Assembly: GCA_965222115.1 (NCBI GenBank)
Contig: CBDCTJ010000001.1
Location: 96,001-160,000 of the forward strand
Source of the DNA: Planctomycetota bacterium
GTDB lineage: Bacteria > Planctomycetota > PLA2 > JAEUHO01
Length of the DNA stretch: 64,000 nucleotides
Direction: 5' to 3'
Shown: positions 17,121 to 26,542 of the stretch, piece after piece
Layout of the letters: each line of letters starts with the position of its first letter
Numbering within the stretch: the first letter of the stretch is position 1
The notes under the pieces: generated by a model
Seen by the model: only the letters and a program-made list of their open reading frames with translations
Told to the model about the DNA's origin: nothing
The model's database searches: none
Program-made: the position numbers and the translations under genes

Positions 17121-19175
17121 ATGATGACTTGGAAGAACAGTATCTGCGCAGTCGTCCTCATGACGCTCGCGGGCTGCGGGTGCGATACGGACAGCGAGTT
17201 TTCGTCGCTCGTGACCTCGCCGGCCGTTGAATCGGCGGCGCCCGAAGTAGGGACAACGATTCCTCCTTGCGAACTCACACCGCCTACAAGTGATGCGCCG
17301 GTACCCATCGACGTACTCTTCTTGCTTGACGACGGCGGAACGATGGAGCAAAGCCGCTTGGGTATCCTTCCGGATAACCTTGGCTTTGACACGCGCACCC
17401 GCACAGAAGGCGCGCAAGGCATCATGGCCGACTTCGAAGCGCAAATCTTGGCCGACTTGCAAGCGCGCTATCCCGGTCGCACGTTCGACTTGGCCTTTGG
17501 TGTGGCGCGCTACGAAGACTACGGCGGATCGTTTGCTTCCGATCCGAACGGTCGCAACATTCCCGATGAAGTGGCGCGCCCCTTTATCTTGAATATGCCC
17601 ATCCTTCGTCAAGCCCGTGCCGACTTTGATGCGAAGTTCGCTGAGGCCTTGGCCAAGACCGCGCCGGGTGACGGACGTAAGCTCGACACGTCGGGTCCCG
17701 CGCCCATCTTGGACAACCTTGACCCCAACACGGTGATCGAAGCCCTTTGGCAAGCCGCTGTCGGTGATGGATTCGATGGCAACGGCGACGGCGACACGGG
17801 CGACAGTGGTGCGCCTTGCTCCGCAACATCGCAGACCGCGCCGGGCGACTCCGGTGACGTGCCCGCCGTTACGTGGACTGCCGCAGGCAACGACGCCGAT
17901 GGCCGTCCCCAGTTCACCGCCGCCGACAACGCCGAGTGCGTCGCGTCCGGCAACTTGGGTGGTGTTGGCTGGCGTAACGAAGCCGCGCGCTTTGTCATTA
18001 TGTCGGGCGACATCGCGACCGTCGCGCCCTTCAGTGGCACGGTCCCCGCCAACATTCAGAGCACCGCAGGTGACGCCGGTGGCGGACTTCAGGGTGTACT
18101 GCCCGACTGCTGCCCGCGCGAAGCACGTCTCATCGACAGCACCGCGTTTGACAACAACACGGGCCGTTTCGGCGAACTCGCTGGCAATCCCAGTATTGCT
18201 CCCCTTGGCGCCGCCACGGTGGAAGAGACCATTGACGCGTTGAACGCACTTTGCATTGAAGTCATGGCGATAGGCGCTCCCTTCTTGGTGCCCGGCGATG
18301 TCAAGCCCAACGGTTCGCAGGGTTCCCACATCGAGGCCATCGGCCCCGGTAGTGGTCCCGGCACCTATGGCGATCCCACGCTTACATACTGGACGATGGC
18401 GAGCGCCATCTCCGTACTCACGGGTAGTGAAGTGAGGGCAGTCGATGACACGCTCACCGAGCGCGTGTTCCCGGCGGTGTACAACATCGGCACGGTATGG
18501 CCCTGGAATCAAGGTACTGCTTCGGCCGATCCGGTCACCAACTTTGTGCGTGAAGACTTTGGTCAACTCACCGACGCGTGGTTCGCATCCGAATGCCTCA
18601 CCACGGGTGGTAGCTCATCGCTCAACGTTCAGCCCGAAGACATCCCCTTGCTCTTCTTGGATGTAACGCTCACCCCCATGCCGGGTCCGGGCTTTGGTAC
18701 GGAAGTGGTTCCCACGGTTCCCCTTGCTCCTGAGACCATTACGATTCCGGTACCGGTTTACGTGACGGGACAGACGGCGCCTGCCGGTGCGCGCACCAAC
18801 TTCACCGCCTGGGCATTTGCACCCGCAAGCGAAGAGCTGGCGTTCCCCATCACCGACTCGTTGCCCTTCCAAATCACCATGGCCGTCAATCGCATCGAGC
18901 AGCAGCCCGGTGCCAACCAAGCCACGCACGACGTGTTGCTCGCGCTGTTGCGCGAGAAGCTTGTCAATCTCAATGGCGATGGCCCGGACTTTATCGGTGC
19001 CGAGGCGGTTGCCCGCCTTGAGCTTGAAGAAGTACCGCCCGACAGCACCGAAGAGGTCACAATCTCAACCGTGGTGCGTGGCTGTGGCTTCTTGGTGCCC
19101 GAGCCCGAGGCAGCCGACGTGTTGTTTGGCACACAGCCTTGCAACCCGTTTGACACTGATCAGGGCGCGCCCTAG
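17121..19175 (+). CDS. Acidic lipoprotein with a vWA-like domain
   Basis: AGGAG RBS; lipobox LAG-C; IDVLFLLDDGGTM (MIDAS-like), LAFGVARYEDY, GWRNEAARFVIMSGD; DGNGDGD Ca-binding-like loop. Confidence 0.72.
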   Translation: MMTWKNSICAVVLMTLAGCGCDTDSEFSSLVTSPAVESAAPEVGTTIPPCELTPPTSDAPVPIDVLFLLDDGGTMEQSRLGILPDNLGFDTRTRTEGAQGIMADFEAQILADLQARYPGRTFDLAFGVARYEDYGGSFASDPNGRNIPDEVARPFILNMPILRQARADFDAKFAEALAKTAPGDGRKLDTSGPAPILDNLDPNTVIEALWQAAVGDGFDGNGDGDTGDSGAPCSATSQTAPGDSGDVPAVTWTAAGNDADGRPQFTAADNAECVASGNLGGVGWRNEAARFVIMSGDIATVAPFSGTVPANIQSTAGDAGGGLQGVLPDCCPREARLIDSTAFDNNTGRFGELAGNPSIAPLGAATVEETIDALNALCIEVMAIGAPFLVPGDVKPNGSQGSHIEAIGPGSGPGTYGDPTLTYWTMASAISVLTGSEVRAVDDTLTERVFPAVYNIGTVWPWNQGTASADPVTNFVREDFGQLTDAWFASECLTTGGSSSLNVQPEDIPLLFLDVTLTPMPGPGFGTEVVPTVPLAPETITIPVPVYVTGQTAPAGARTNFTAWAFAPASEELAFPITDSLPFQITMAVNRIEQQPGANQATHDVLLALLREKLVNLNGDGPDFIGAEAVARLELEEVPPDSTEEVTISTVVRGCGFLVPEPEAADVLFGTQPCNPFDTDQGAP

Positions 19176-19468
19176 ACCTTTCACGAAGCGTGTGTGGCGT
19201 GCTGCATTACCCGGTAGCGCGCCACACAACTTGAACTCGATGCCCTTGCCAGGGCGCATCTGAAACTCAAGAAACTCCGAACGCGCGGTCATCCACAGAG
19301 GATGGCCGCGCGGCTTTCGTTTTGCCCGACCGACCGGCGAGTGGATTCGGAGGATTCAAGCGAATGCGTCGAGTTTGTAAATCGTTGCCTGGTAGACATT
19401 TGTGGCCCCTGCAGAACAGTGGATGATGAGTGGGCTCGGCGCGTTTCGCGCCCGCAGGAGCTACCGCC

Positions 19469-21772
19469 ATGGCCCAGACTCGCTCATCGACCTACTTCGC
19501 GGCGCTACGCGCCGTGCCCATCACCCTTTCGTTGCTCGCGCTCACGGCATGCGGCGGAGGAGGCGGTGGCGGCGGCGGTGGTGGTGGTGGTGGCGGCGGC
19601 GGGGGGGGCCCACCCACCCTCGTCGTAAACTCGGTGATGGGTAGCTCCTCTGTGCTGCCTGGAGATACCTACACCGTGGACTTCACCGCCAACGGAGGCG
19701 GACTCGCCAACGTGACAGTGTTTCTTGATGGGGACGGAAATCTCGGCACCGTGGGCGACCAGTTTGCCATCTTTGGCCCCACGCCCGATGCGGGCGGCGT
19801 TGCGATCTCACCAACGTTTCCGATTCCACCCGGCATCGCGCCAGGCACTTATTCCATGATTATGCGCGTGGACGACGGCGTGAACCCGCCGGTTGACGCT
19901 GTACTCGTACCAACGGTCCTGATCTATCCAGCGTTGGCCGGCGTAAACGGGCCCGCCAACAGTAATAGCTACGGGGTGGTTAATGGCGTTGTGGCCTTCA
20001 GTCGAGGAGAAGTTCAGGACAACAACATGGCATTGAACGCGGATGGGGTCGCAGACGGTGACGCGGTCATGTTTCTCTTCGACACAAACACAAATACCGC
20101 GGTCCAAACCTTGACTACGATAGACGACACGGCGGCGCCAAACGGAGCGCCCATCATCCTTGACGACAACGGGACCGGCCACCTCGCGTGGAAGACATTG
20201 GAGTTTGATGAGAACGTCGATTTTGATGCTGACGGCAATCAAAGCGACACGGTCATGTCGTTTGCAACACCCGCCTTGTCCATGACCCCCACGACCAACT
20301 CGGTTACGGGCGTCAATGCGATTGTTGGAATTGGACCCAACGCCATCATCGCCGAGTACCAAGAGAATCTATTTCGACCGGGCGGCACGAATCTAAATCC
20401 CGCGGGACTTGGAACGCCGGACGTGGACGTACTTGACCGTGTATTTGGTCTCATTGACCCCAATGCGGTTGCGCCACCCAATGATTTTACAAAGCTCAAC
20501 TCGTATCAATTTGCGCGTACCAACAACGCGTTCAAAGGATTCGAACAAAGCCCGTCGGGGGTCATGGCCGCGTTTCAAGTGTTTGAAGGGAGCCAAGGCA
20601 ACAGCGATCTAAATGGTGATGGCGACACCGCGGATTCCATGCTGGCGTGGGCACCCATGTTTCCGCCGGCCCCCCCTCCAGGACTTGTAGGCATGGGCTT
20701 CGCGCCCGCAACGCCCGCACCCAATGTGGACACGGCCGCGCGATTCGCTGTGACCGACGCGGGCCTCGTGGGGTACTACATCAACGAACCGAACGCGGGC
20801 GTCGATCGAAATGGCGACTTTGCATTTTCATGGATCCCGGCATTCTACAACACTGCATCCGGCGTTGAGACGATGCTGCCACCCCCCGTGGGTGGCTTCA
20901 TGGGTGCCACGTCCGCCAACCCCACGATGTGGTTTTCAGGGCCGCTCATGCTCTTCAGTGTCAGTGAACTCATCGTGGGCCCCGCCGCCGACCTCAATGG
21001 GGACTTCGATCCCTTCGATCAAGAGATCCTGTGCTGGACCGATACGTCGTTGGGCGCAGGCGCCACATCAACCACCTTGAATGTTGCCGGCGTGCCGGGC
21101 ATGGGAACCCTTCAGTCGATCAGCGTACAAGGCGGCGCGGTGCGCCCACTCGACGGCACGTGGTTCGGCGTGGTCGTTCAAGAGAACGCCAACGGCGGAG
21201 TTGACATCAATGGCAACGGAACCGTTGACACGGCGTTTCTCTTGGTGAACGCAGTCCTTCCCGCGCCGCAAGTGTTCAACCCCATGCTCAACACGTTGCC
21301 CATGCCCGCACTTGGCAACATTCCCGATACCGGCATTGCCGACGGCGGCGGCGTCCTGGTGCGCATCCAAGAAAACCTCAATGGAGGCGACCGTGACGGC
21401 GATGGCAATGGTGCCGAGTTGCTATTTACCTACTTGCCCTTCTTCTCCCCCACGACGCCCATCTTCTTGGATGCCGGTGGCGACTTTGCGCATCTGGAAG
21501 GCGGGCACATCGCAGTAACTGCGTTTGAATCCAACACGGGCGAAGACTACGACGGCAACGGCAACACGACCGACCACGTGTTCCGCGTCTTCGACACGTT
21601 GGGCAACGTTGTGGAGCCCGGAATTTCGTCAACCCAATTCTCCCAACCTACAACGGACGCGGCCGGAAGTGTCTGGGCATTCCTGCGCATAGAATCGGTC
21701 GGCGGCATTACGCAGGACCTAAACGGCGACGGTGATACGACGGATTTGATCCTGGGTATCTGGAGGCCGTAA
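19469..21772 (+). CDS. Lipoprotein with a 19-Gly linker and about 10 D-x-N-G-D-G-D (calcium-blade-like) repeats
   Basis: AGGAG RBS before ATG 19469; lipobox LTA-C; Gly x19; motifs DLNGDGDTAD, DLNGDFDPFD, DINGNGTVD, DRDGDGNG, DYDGNGNTTD, DLNGDGDTTD. Confidence 0.75.
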   Translation: MAQTRSSTYFAALRAVPITLSLLALTACGGGGGGGGGGGGGGGGGGGPPTLVVNSVMGSSSVLPGDTYTVDFTANGGGLANVTVFLDGDGNLGTVGDQFAIFGPTPDAGGVAISPTFPIPPGIAPGTYSMIMRVDDGVNPPVDAVLVPTVLIYPALAGVNGPANSNSYGVVNGVVAFSRGEVQDNNMALNADGVADGDAVMFLFDTNTNTAVQTLTTIDDTAAPNGAPIILDDNGTGHLAWKTLEFDENVDFDADGNQSDTVMSFATPALSMTPTTNSVTGVNAIVGIGPNAIIAEYQENLFRPGGTNLNPAGLGTPDVDVLDRVFGLIDPNAVAPPNDFTKLNSYQFARTNNAFKGFEQSPSGVMAAFQVFEGSQGNSDLNGDGDTADSMLAWAPMFPPAPPPGLVGMGFAPATPAPNVDTAARFAVTDAGLVGYYINEPNAGVDRNGDFAFSWIPAFYNTASGVETMLPPPVGGFMGATSANPTMWFSGPLMLFSVSELIVGPAADLNGDFDPFDQEILCWTDTSLGAGATSTTLNVAGVPGMGTLQSISVQGGAVRPLDGTWFGVVVQENANGGVDINGNGTVDTAFLLVNAVLPAPQVFNPMLNTLPMPALGNIPDTGIADGGGVLVRIQENLNGGDRDGDGNGAELLFTYLPFFSPTTPIFLDAGGDFAHLEGGHIAVTAFESNTGEDYDGNGNTTDHVFRVFDTLGNVVEPGISSTQFSQPTTDAAGSVWAFLRIESVGGITQDLNGDGDTTDLILGIWRP

Positions 21773-21780
21773 AGGCGCTC

Positions 21781-22161
21781 GATACGAAGTCGGGGCAACG
21801 TTCGCACTTTTTGAGTCGTAGTTGCCTGACCTCACGCAGAGCCGCAGTGGTGCCGAGGCGCGGAGAGCGCAAGCGTTGGTGGAAGCCGTATGGCGAGTTC
21901 GTACGCAACCTGTTGGGGAGCGCGTCTTGAAAGAAGAAGGCTCTTACGATGGACACCGAGATCACCAAGCGCGACTGTTTAGGGGCAAACTTGCCGGCTT
22001 GTAATCGGTTGCATCCCAAGAATTGAAATTAGGGCATTCGATCTTAGGCGGCGCGCCTCGAATCAAAGCCGGCCATGAGAGCGAGGTCTTTACTCTGCGC
22101 CTCTGCGTGAGGTCAAACACCTACGACCCGAAACGTGTGGATTTTGTCTTGACACCGTACG
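21781..22161. mobile_element. MITE/REPIN-like non-autonomous element with roughly 65-bp imperfect terminal inverted repeats
   Basis: Left end 21781-21847 is the imperfect reverse complement of 22095-22161 (core TGACCTCACGCAGAG / CTCTGCGTGAGGTCA). Both ends begin with the 32-bp motif. Fills the gap between convergent genes. Confidence 0.6.
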
Positions 22162-22177
22162 GGGCTACGACGCGGCA

Positions 22178-23731
22178 CTAAAACTCAAAGAACGCAATCA
22201 CCGCATGAATGAACACGACCGCTACCAGCGCCCAAAGCAACGTTTTGTGGATGCCCTCGATGACTTGTTTGGAGTTTCGCTTGGGACGTATGCCAATGCG
22301 AAAGGCAATCGCCGCTACGGCAAGCGCGCAAAGACCGACTTTGACGGCGATCCACACGAAATGACCGGCTTCGAGTTCGCGCGTAAAGTTGGCGGCGAAA
22401 AAGCGAACACTAAAACCGGGGTGAAGCACTAGATACACGAGCATCGACATGAAACCCGCGGCCGCAATCGAAGTAACGGTTGTGAGCCATGAGGCGAGAA
22501 TCTGCCCAAGAGCCGTGGGTTGGAGCAAGTGCCGTCGCAGCGGTATACGCATTAACCGCAGTGCGTCCACCTGGCGAGTCAAACTCATATGCCCGATATG
22601 AGCCGCCGCCGCGGCGCCGAGTTTGGCGGCGAGCAAAACCGACACCATCATCGGCATGGCAATGCGTGTGAACACCATGCCAAGCCCGGCCAATAGATCG
22701 TCTTGCACGAGTGGTCCGGTGTACTTGCGCTTAGGCAGGTGCTCAAAGAGGAAGTACGTTCCGGTGAGTGCCACCATCAGCGCACATGTTCCCGTGAACA
22801 TCACGACGCCCAGGCGCACATCTCGGCGCAACACGTGGCGAAAGCGCGGTCCATCGAGCGGATGGGCCATGCGCGCAAGCCCAATTGGAAGCGCCGCAAG
22901 CGAGCCCAGATCGGCGCCCGCATCGGCTAATGCCAACGACGCCTTGCGCCAACGATGCGCTGCGCGTGCTGCCAAGGACGCACGCTTGGGGGGCGCCTCC
23001 AGCGCAGGCTCACGCACTTCCATGATTTCTTCAACGCGGGCCCAAGACTCTGGGTTGGCATCGAAGCGGCGCAATACGCGATCGCGAGGATCAAGCACGA
23101 GGATGACATCCACCGCACCGCGAAACGCTTCGTAGTCGTGTGAAATGGCAAGGCTCAAGCGTCGATGGCTGTCTTGAAAGGCGCCTAGAACACTCTTGAC
23201 GGCCGCAGGATCAAGTCCCGTGGTGGGCTCGTCATAGACCAGCACCTGGGCGCCACGAAGTAGCGTGCGGCAAATCGCAATACGCATGCGTTCGCCACCG
23301 GAGCACTCATGGACCTTGCGTTCCAAGTGGTCGAGACCGAGGCTTGAGGCCAACGCGGATCGCTCCTCCGGATCGTCACTTCCGAAGCGCAGATTTTGGT
23401 CCACCGTCAAGTCGTCGAATAAGCCGAGCGCATGCAATTGAAATACTGCGCCCAATTGCATATCCATGAATTCGGGTGAGGCGCCCAACAATTCGTCGCC
23501 TTGAAAGGTGAGCGAGCCTTCCACACGCAAACCCGGTGTAGCCGGACCGGCGAAACCAAAGATGAGGTCAGTAAAGAGCGACTTACCACTACCCGATGGA
23601 CCCACCAGCAACACACGTTCGCCTTCGCGCAACTCAATGTCGCTGGGCGCAATGAGCATGCGTCCTTGTACATCCACGCGAAGTCCGCGCGCGCGCAGCA
23701 GCACGCCTTCCGATGGTGATGAGGACGTCAC
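22178..23731 (-). CDS. Fused ABC ATPase (MlaF-like) and MlaE-type permease
   Basis: Walker A GPSGSGKS, signature CSGGE, Walker B LVYDEP, H-switch ISHD; C-terminal TM domain with MlaE-like AAKLGAAAAAHIGHMSLTRQVDALRLM. Confidence 0.85.
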   Translation of the reverse strand: MTSSSPSEGVLLRARGLRVDVQGRMLIAPSDIELREGERVLLVGPSGSGKSLFTDLIFGFAGPATPGLRVEGSLTFQGDELLGASPEFMDMQLGAVFQLHALGLFDDLTVDQNLRFGSDDPEERSALASSLGLDHLERKVHECSGGERMRIAICRTLLRGAQVLVYDEPTTGLDPAAVKSVLGAFQDSHRRLSLAISHDYEAFRGAVDVILVLDPRDRVLRRFDANPESWARVEEIMEVREPALEAPPKRASLAARAAHRWRKASLALADAGADLGSLAALPIGLARMAHPLDGPRFRHVLRRDVRLGVVMFTGTCALMVALTGTYFLFEHLPKRKYTGPLVQDDLLAGLGMVFTRIAMPMMVSVLLAAKLGAAAAAHIGHMSLTRQVDALRLMRIPLRRHLLQPTALGQILASWLTTVTSIAAAGFMSMLVYLVLHPGFSVRFFAANFTRELEAGHFVWIAVKVGLCALAVAAIAFRIGIRPKRNSKQVIEGIHKTLLWALVAVVFIHAVIAFFEF

Positions 23732-24945
23732 TTGGATTCCGACTCCGATGCGGGTGATGTCGGCTCCGGCGACGCTGGCTCCGGAAAGGACGGCGCTTGA
23801 CGCTCTTCATCTCGATGGAGCAATAGCAGTGCGGTCTTCTTATTCAGAAGATTGTGCCGAAGCATGCTGGTAAAGCGGATGCGAAAGCCGCCGTGGGGCG
23901 ATTCGATGAATGTGTCGGCGGCGCGGCGCATAAGCACCTGGCCGTCCTTTTCGAGTCGCTTTCCGTGGCGTTCAAGAATCGGCTGCATGAGTTCATCGCG
24001 GAATGCGTGCCAAAGTTCGCCGGTGACCCATTCCTGCAAGGCACCGCCGTGCTCGCCGAGGCCCTCACCCACCTCGCTAAACACGCGCTTTTGATTGGCG
24101 CTCCACCATTCAAGCGATGCGTCACGTGCAACGGGCACAACTTCATCCTTGAGCCCCTTCGCGTCGCCGCTTACGACCTTCACGAGTAGCCCGAGACGAT
24201 CCAGCAGATCAAACTTCTTCTTGATGCGCTTGGTCACGTGGTTGGCGAGGTTATCGAGCAACGGCTCGAGTCGAGCGAACAGCGTTTTGCCAATCGATTG
24301 AAAGAGCTGCTTGGCTTCTGTGTCTTCCGTGGGATTGATGCGTTTCAAAAACGACGGCAACTGCTTCTCGGCTTCCGGAAGGATGGCTTCCTTCCACGTG
24401 AGCTTCATGCGCTCAGCGGCGAATGCCGCGAATTCACGGGCCGCCTCTTCGGGCACCGCCAATCGAAATGCCTCGCCAAGCTTTCGACTGGGAGGAAAGC
24501 CTTCGATGCGCCAAGGTCCTTCGGCTGCCACCTGGGGCGCGAAGCGAATGCGGATACGCACCCCCTGCGCCTTTACGTCGCGGTCCTCATCCTTGGCCAC
24601 CACAAGATTGGGGGTGACCTCCACCACATGACCGATGGGGCGCGCCGCCCCCTGTTCATCAAAGCCGTAGACGGGAAGCCCCTTGTGAACGCCTTTTGAA
24701 AAGGGGAGCGAAATCACAATGTCGTCATCGCGTTCGCCATCAAACGCGCTACCCACGGCGGCGCTCACGCGCGATACAGCACGCGTAAATGTGGGACGCG
24801 TCACGCCAACAAGCGTCGCAATGCCAAGCGTGCCAAGAAGCAGGCTCCCCATGGCAACTCGACGCCCCTCGCTCCGCCGCGCTCGAACGAGCGGTGACGG
24901 GACAGGCGGCGTGTCCGATTGTTCGTCGCTACTTGGCGGCGTCAT
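23728..24945 (-). CDS. Single-TM protein with MCE/MlaD-like domain and long helical extension
   Basis: One TM; ISLPFSKGVHKGLPVY...PIGHVVEV...VRIRIRF resembles the MCE motif; overlaps the MlaF-E gene. ATG 24945 chosen. Confidence 0.55.
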   Translation of the reverse strand: MTPPSSDEQSDTPPVPSPLVRARRSEGRRVAMGSLLLGTLGIATLVGVTRPTFTRAVSRVSAAVGSAFDGERDDDIVISLPFSKGVHKGLPVYGFDEQGAARPIGHVVEVTPNLVVAKDEDRDVKAQGVRIRIRFAPQVAAEGPWRIEGFPPSRKLGEAFRLAVPEEAAREFAAFAAERMKLTWKEAILPEAEKQLPSFLKRINPTEDTEAKQLFQSIGKTLFARLEPLLDNLANHVTKRIKKKFDLLDRLGLLVKVVSGDAKGLKDEVVPVARDASLEWWSANQKRVFSEVGEGLGEHGGALQEWVTGELWHAFRDELMQPILERHGKRLEKDGQVLMRRAADTFIESPHGGFRIRFTSMLRHNLLNKKTALLLLHRDEERQAPSFPEPASPEPTSPASESESK

Positions 24946-26542
24946 CCTGCTCGCCACGTTCCCCTTCGTCCTTTGGCGCCTCCTTCTTCTTACTGGCTTC
25001 ACTCCGATTGGGATCGTCGTCGTTCGCACTTGACCGAATGAACTTGGCTGTGGTCACGCGGTAGTTCTTCGCAATACGTTCATCGATCGCCTTGAGCTCA
25101 TTCGCGGGAATCGCAATGTCGCTTTCCAATCCCTCAAGTTGAAGTACGTGAAACTCGCCCTGGGGTGATTTGAGGGCCTCCTCGACGTCGCCAATCGTGA
25201 GAATGCGCTTGCCATTGACCGAACGCAATGCGTGATTGCGCATAGTCTCAAAGCCTTTGTTGGACGGATCCGGTAGGACGTGATCGAGAATCACAATGCG
25301 TCGCCCGGGCTCCCCCGTATCCCACCCATCGCGTTCCGACAATCGACGAATGATGTCGGCGCCACCGCCGCGCCCCGAACTCATCCCGCCGTGCATTTGC
25401 AAAATGACGTAACCGCCCACCACCAAGAATTCGGTACGGCCATCGTCTGCAGATTCCGGAATCAGCTCGTGTTCAGGGGCACGCTTGCCCAGCTTGAGTG
25501 TGACATCTTTGGCCGCACCGTCCCGCAGGACGCGCACCGTGACGGAATCACCTGCGTGGCGTTGGCCGCGCAGCAGATACCAGAAGTAGAGTCGTCCATG
25601 AACCTTGTGGCGAAACATACCTTCGTCGTCGATATCGTAACCATCGACATGGGTAACGACATCGCCCGGTTGAAACGTGCCATGGCCGATGTAACCCGGT
25701 GTCACGCGTGAAATAACCACACCGTGTTCACTGTCGGGAACCTTGAAATGCTTCCGAAGATCGTCGCGCATGAGGTAGTGAATCCACTGCCCGCGACCGG
25801 GAAGTCCGGCGTAGTGACCATCGGCAAGATCGTCGAGGTAGTGGCGGATGGAATCCAGCGAGAGAACCGTGGCCTCCTGCCGAAACCGATTCGTACTCTG
25901 AACCATCCCCACGAGCTTGCCATCGCGCATCACCGCTTGACCATCGCCCGAATCTGACAGTGTCGTCTTGCAGCGGTTTACAAGCGTGTTGCGCATGGCT
26001 TCAACGCGCGCGACGGTGGCCTTGTAGCGCTCCACCATGTTGTCTTGCCCGAGCTGCGCGACGTCCAACGCATCGTCGAGCTTTGCCGACACGCCGAGCG
26101 CTAACGGCTTGAGGCGTTCTTTGAGTTCCTCGTCCAGCACGTCCACCAGCGCAAGCCCCATGTCGCGATCTTTGTGGTGGAGCTTGGCCTCAAAACGGCG
26201 CGTGCTATTAGCCTCCATGACCTCAATAGAAATGGCACGTGACACGAGTCGCGAAAACGTAAGGATGCGACCCGGCGCCACCACCACACCGCGACCCAAA
26301 CGCGTGCTCACCGACGTCTTGCGCCACGGCTCCCGCAGGTCATAGCCTTGACTCGTAACGCGCAACTTCACAAGCGCGGAACGTAACAACGCCGCCTCGT
26401 CACCCGCGGTGGGCTCGGGCGCGGGTTTGGCGGGTGTTTCCTTTGCCTGCGCCCTAGGCGCAAGTGCAATCGCGCCTACCACCGCCAACATGAATAGAAG
26501 ACAACGTCGTTGCGCCGATAGTGACGATCGCTGACCGCTCAT
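24929..26542 (-). CDS. Deg/HtrA-like trypsin-PDZ protein, catalytic triad degenerate (pseudoprotease)
   Basis: Paralog of the neighbour (GVVISRV, GDVVTHVDG, PDZ-like C-terminus), but ILTFSRLV, DMGLALV and LSDSGDGQAV replace the His/Asp/Ser motifs. Confidence 0.78.
   Translation of the reverse strand: MSGQRSSLSAQRRCLLFMLAVVGAIALAPRAQAKETPAKPAPEPTAGDEAALLRSALVKLRVTSQGYDLREPWRKTSVSTRLGRGVVVAPGRILTFSRLVSRAISIEVMEANSTRRFEAKLHHKDRDMGLALVDVLDEELKERLKPLALGVSAKLDDALDVAQLGQDNMVERYKATVARVEAMRNTLVNRCKTTLSDSGDGQAVMRDGKLVGMVQSTNRFRQEATVLSLDSIRHYLDDLADGHYAGLPGRGQWIHYLMRDDLRKHFKVPDSEHGVVISRVTPGYIGHGTFQPGDVVTHVDGYDIDDEGMFRHKVHGRLYFWYLLRGQRHAGDSVTVRVLRDGAAKDVTLKLGKRAPEHELIPESADDGRTEFLVVGGYVILQMHGGMSSGRGGGADIIRRLSERDGWDTGEPGRRIVILDHVLPDPSNKGFETMRNHALRSVNGKRILTIGDVEEALKSPQGEFHVLQLEGLESDIAIPANELKAIDERIAKNYRVTTAKFIRSSANDDDPNRSEASKKKEAPKDEGERGEQDDAAK

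Noticed and set aside
16998-18566. 522-aa minus-strand ORF
   Set aside because: Antisense shadow of the vWA lipoprotein; no motifs; expected in high-GC DNA.
19553-19609. Poly-G tract as a phase-variation switch
   Set aside because: Mixed Gly codons keep the frame, and the longest G run is only 8 nt; more consistent with a protein linker.
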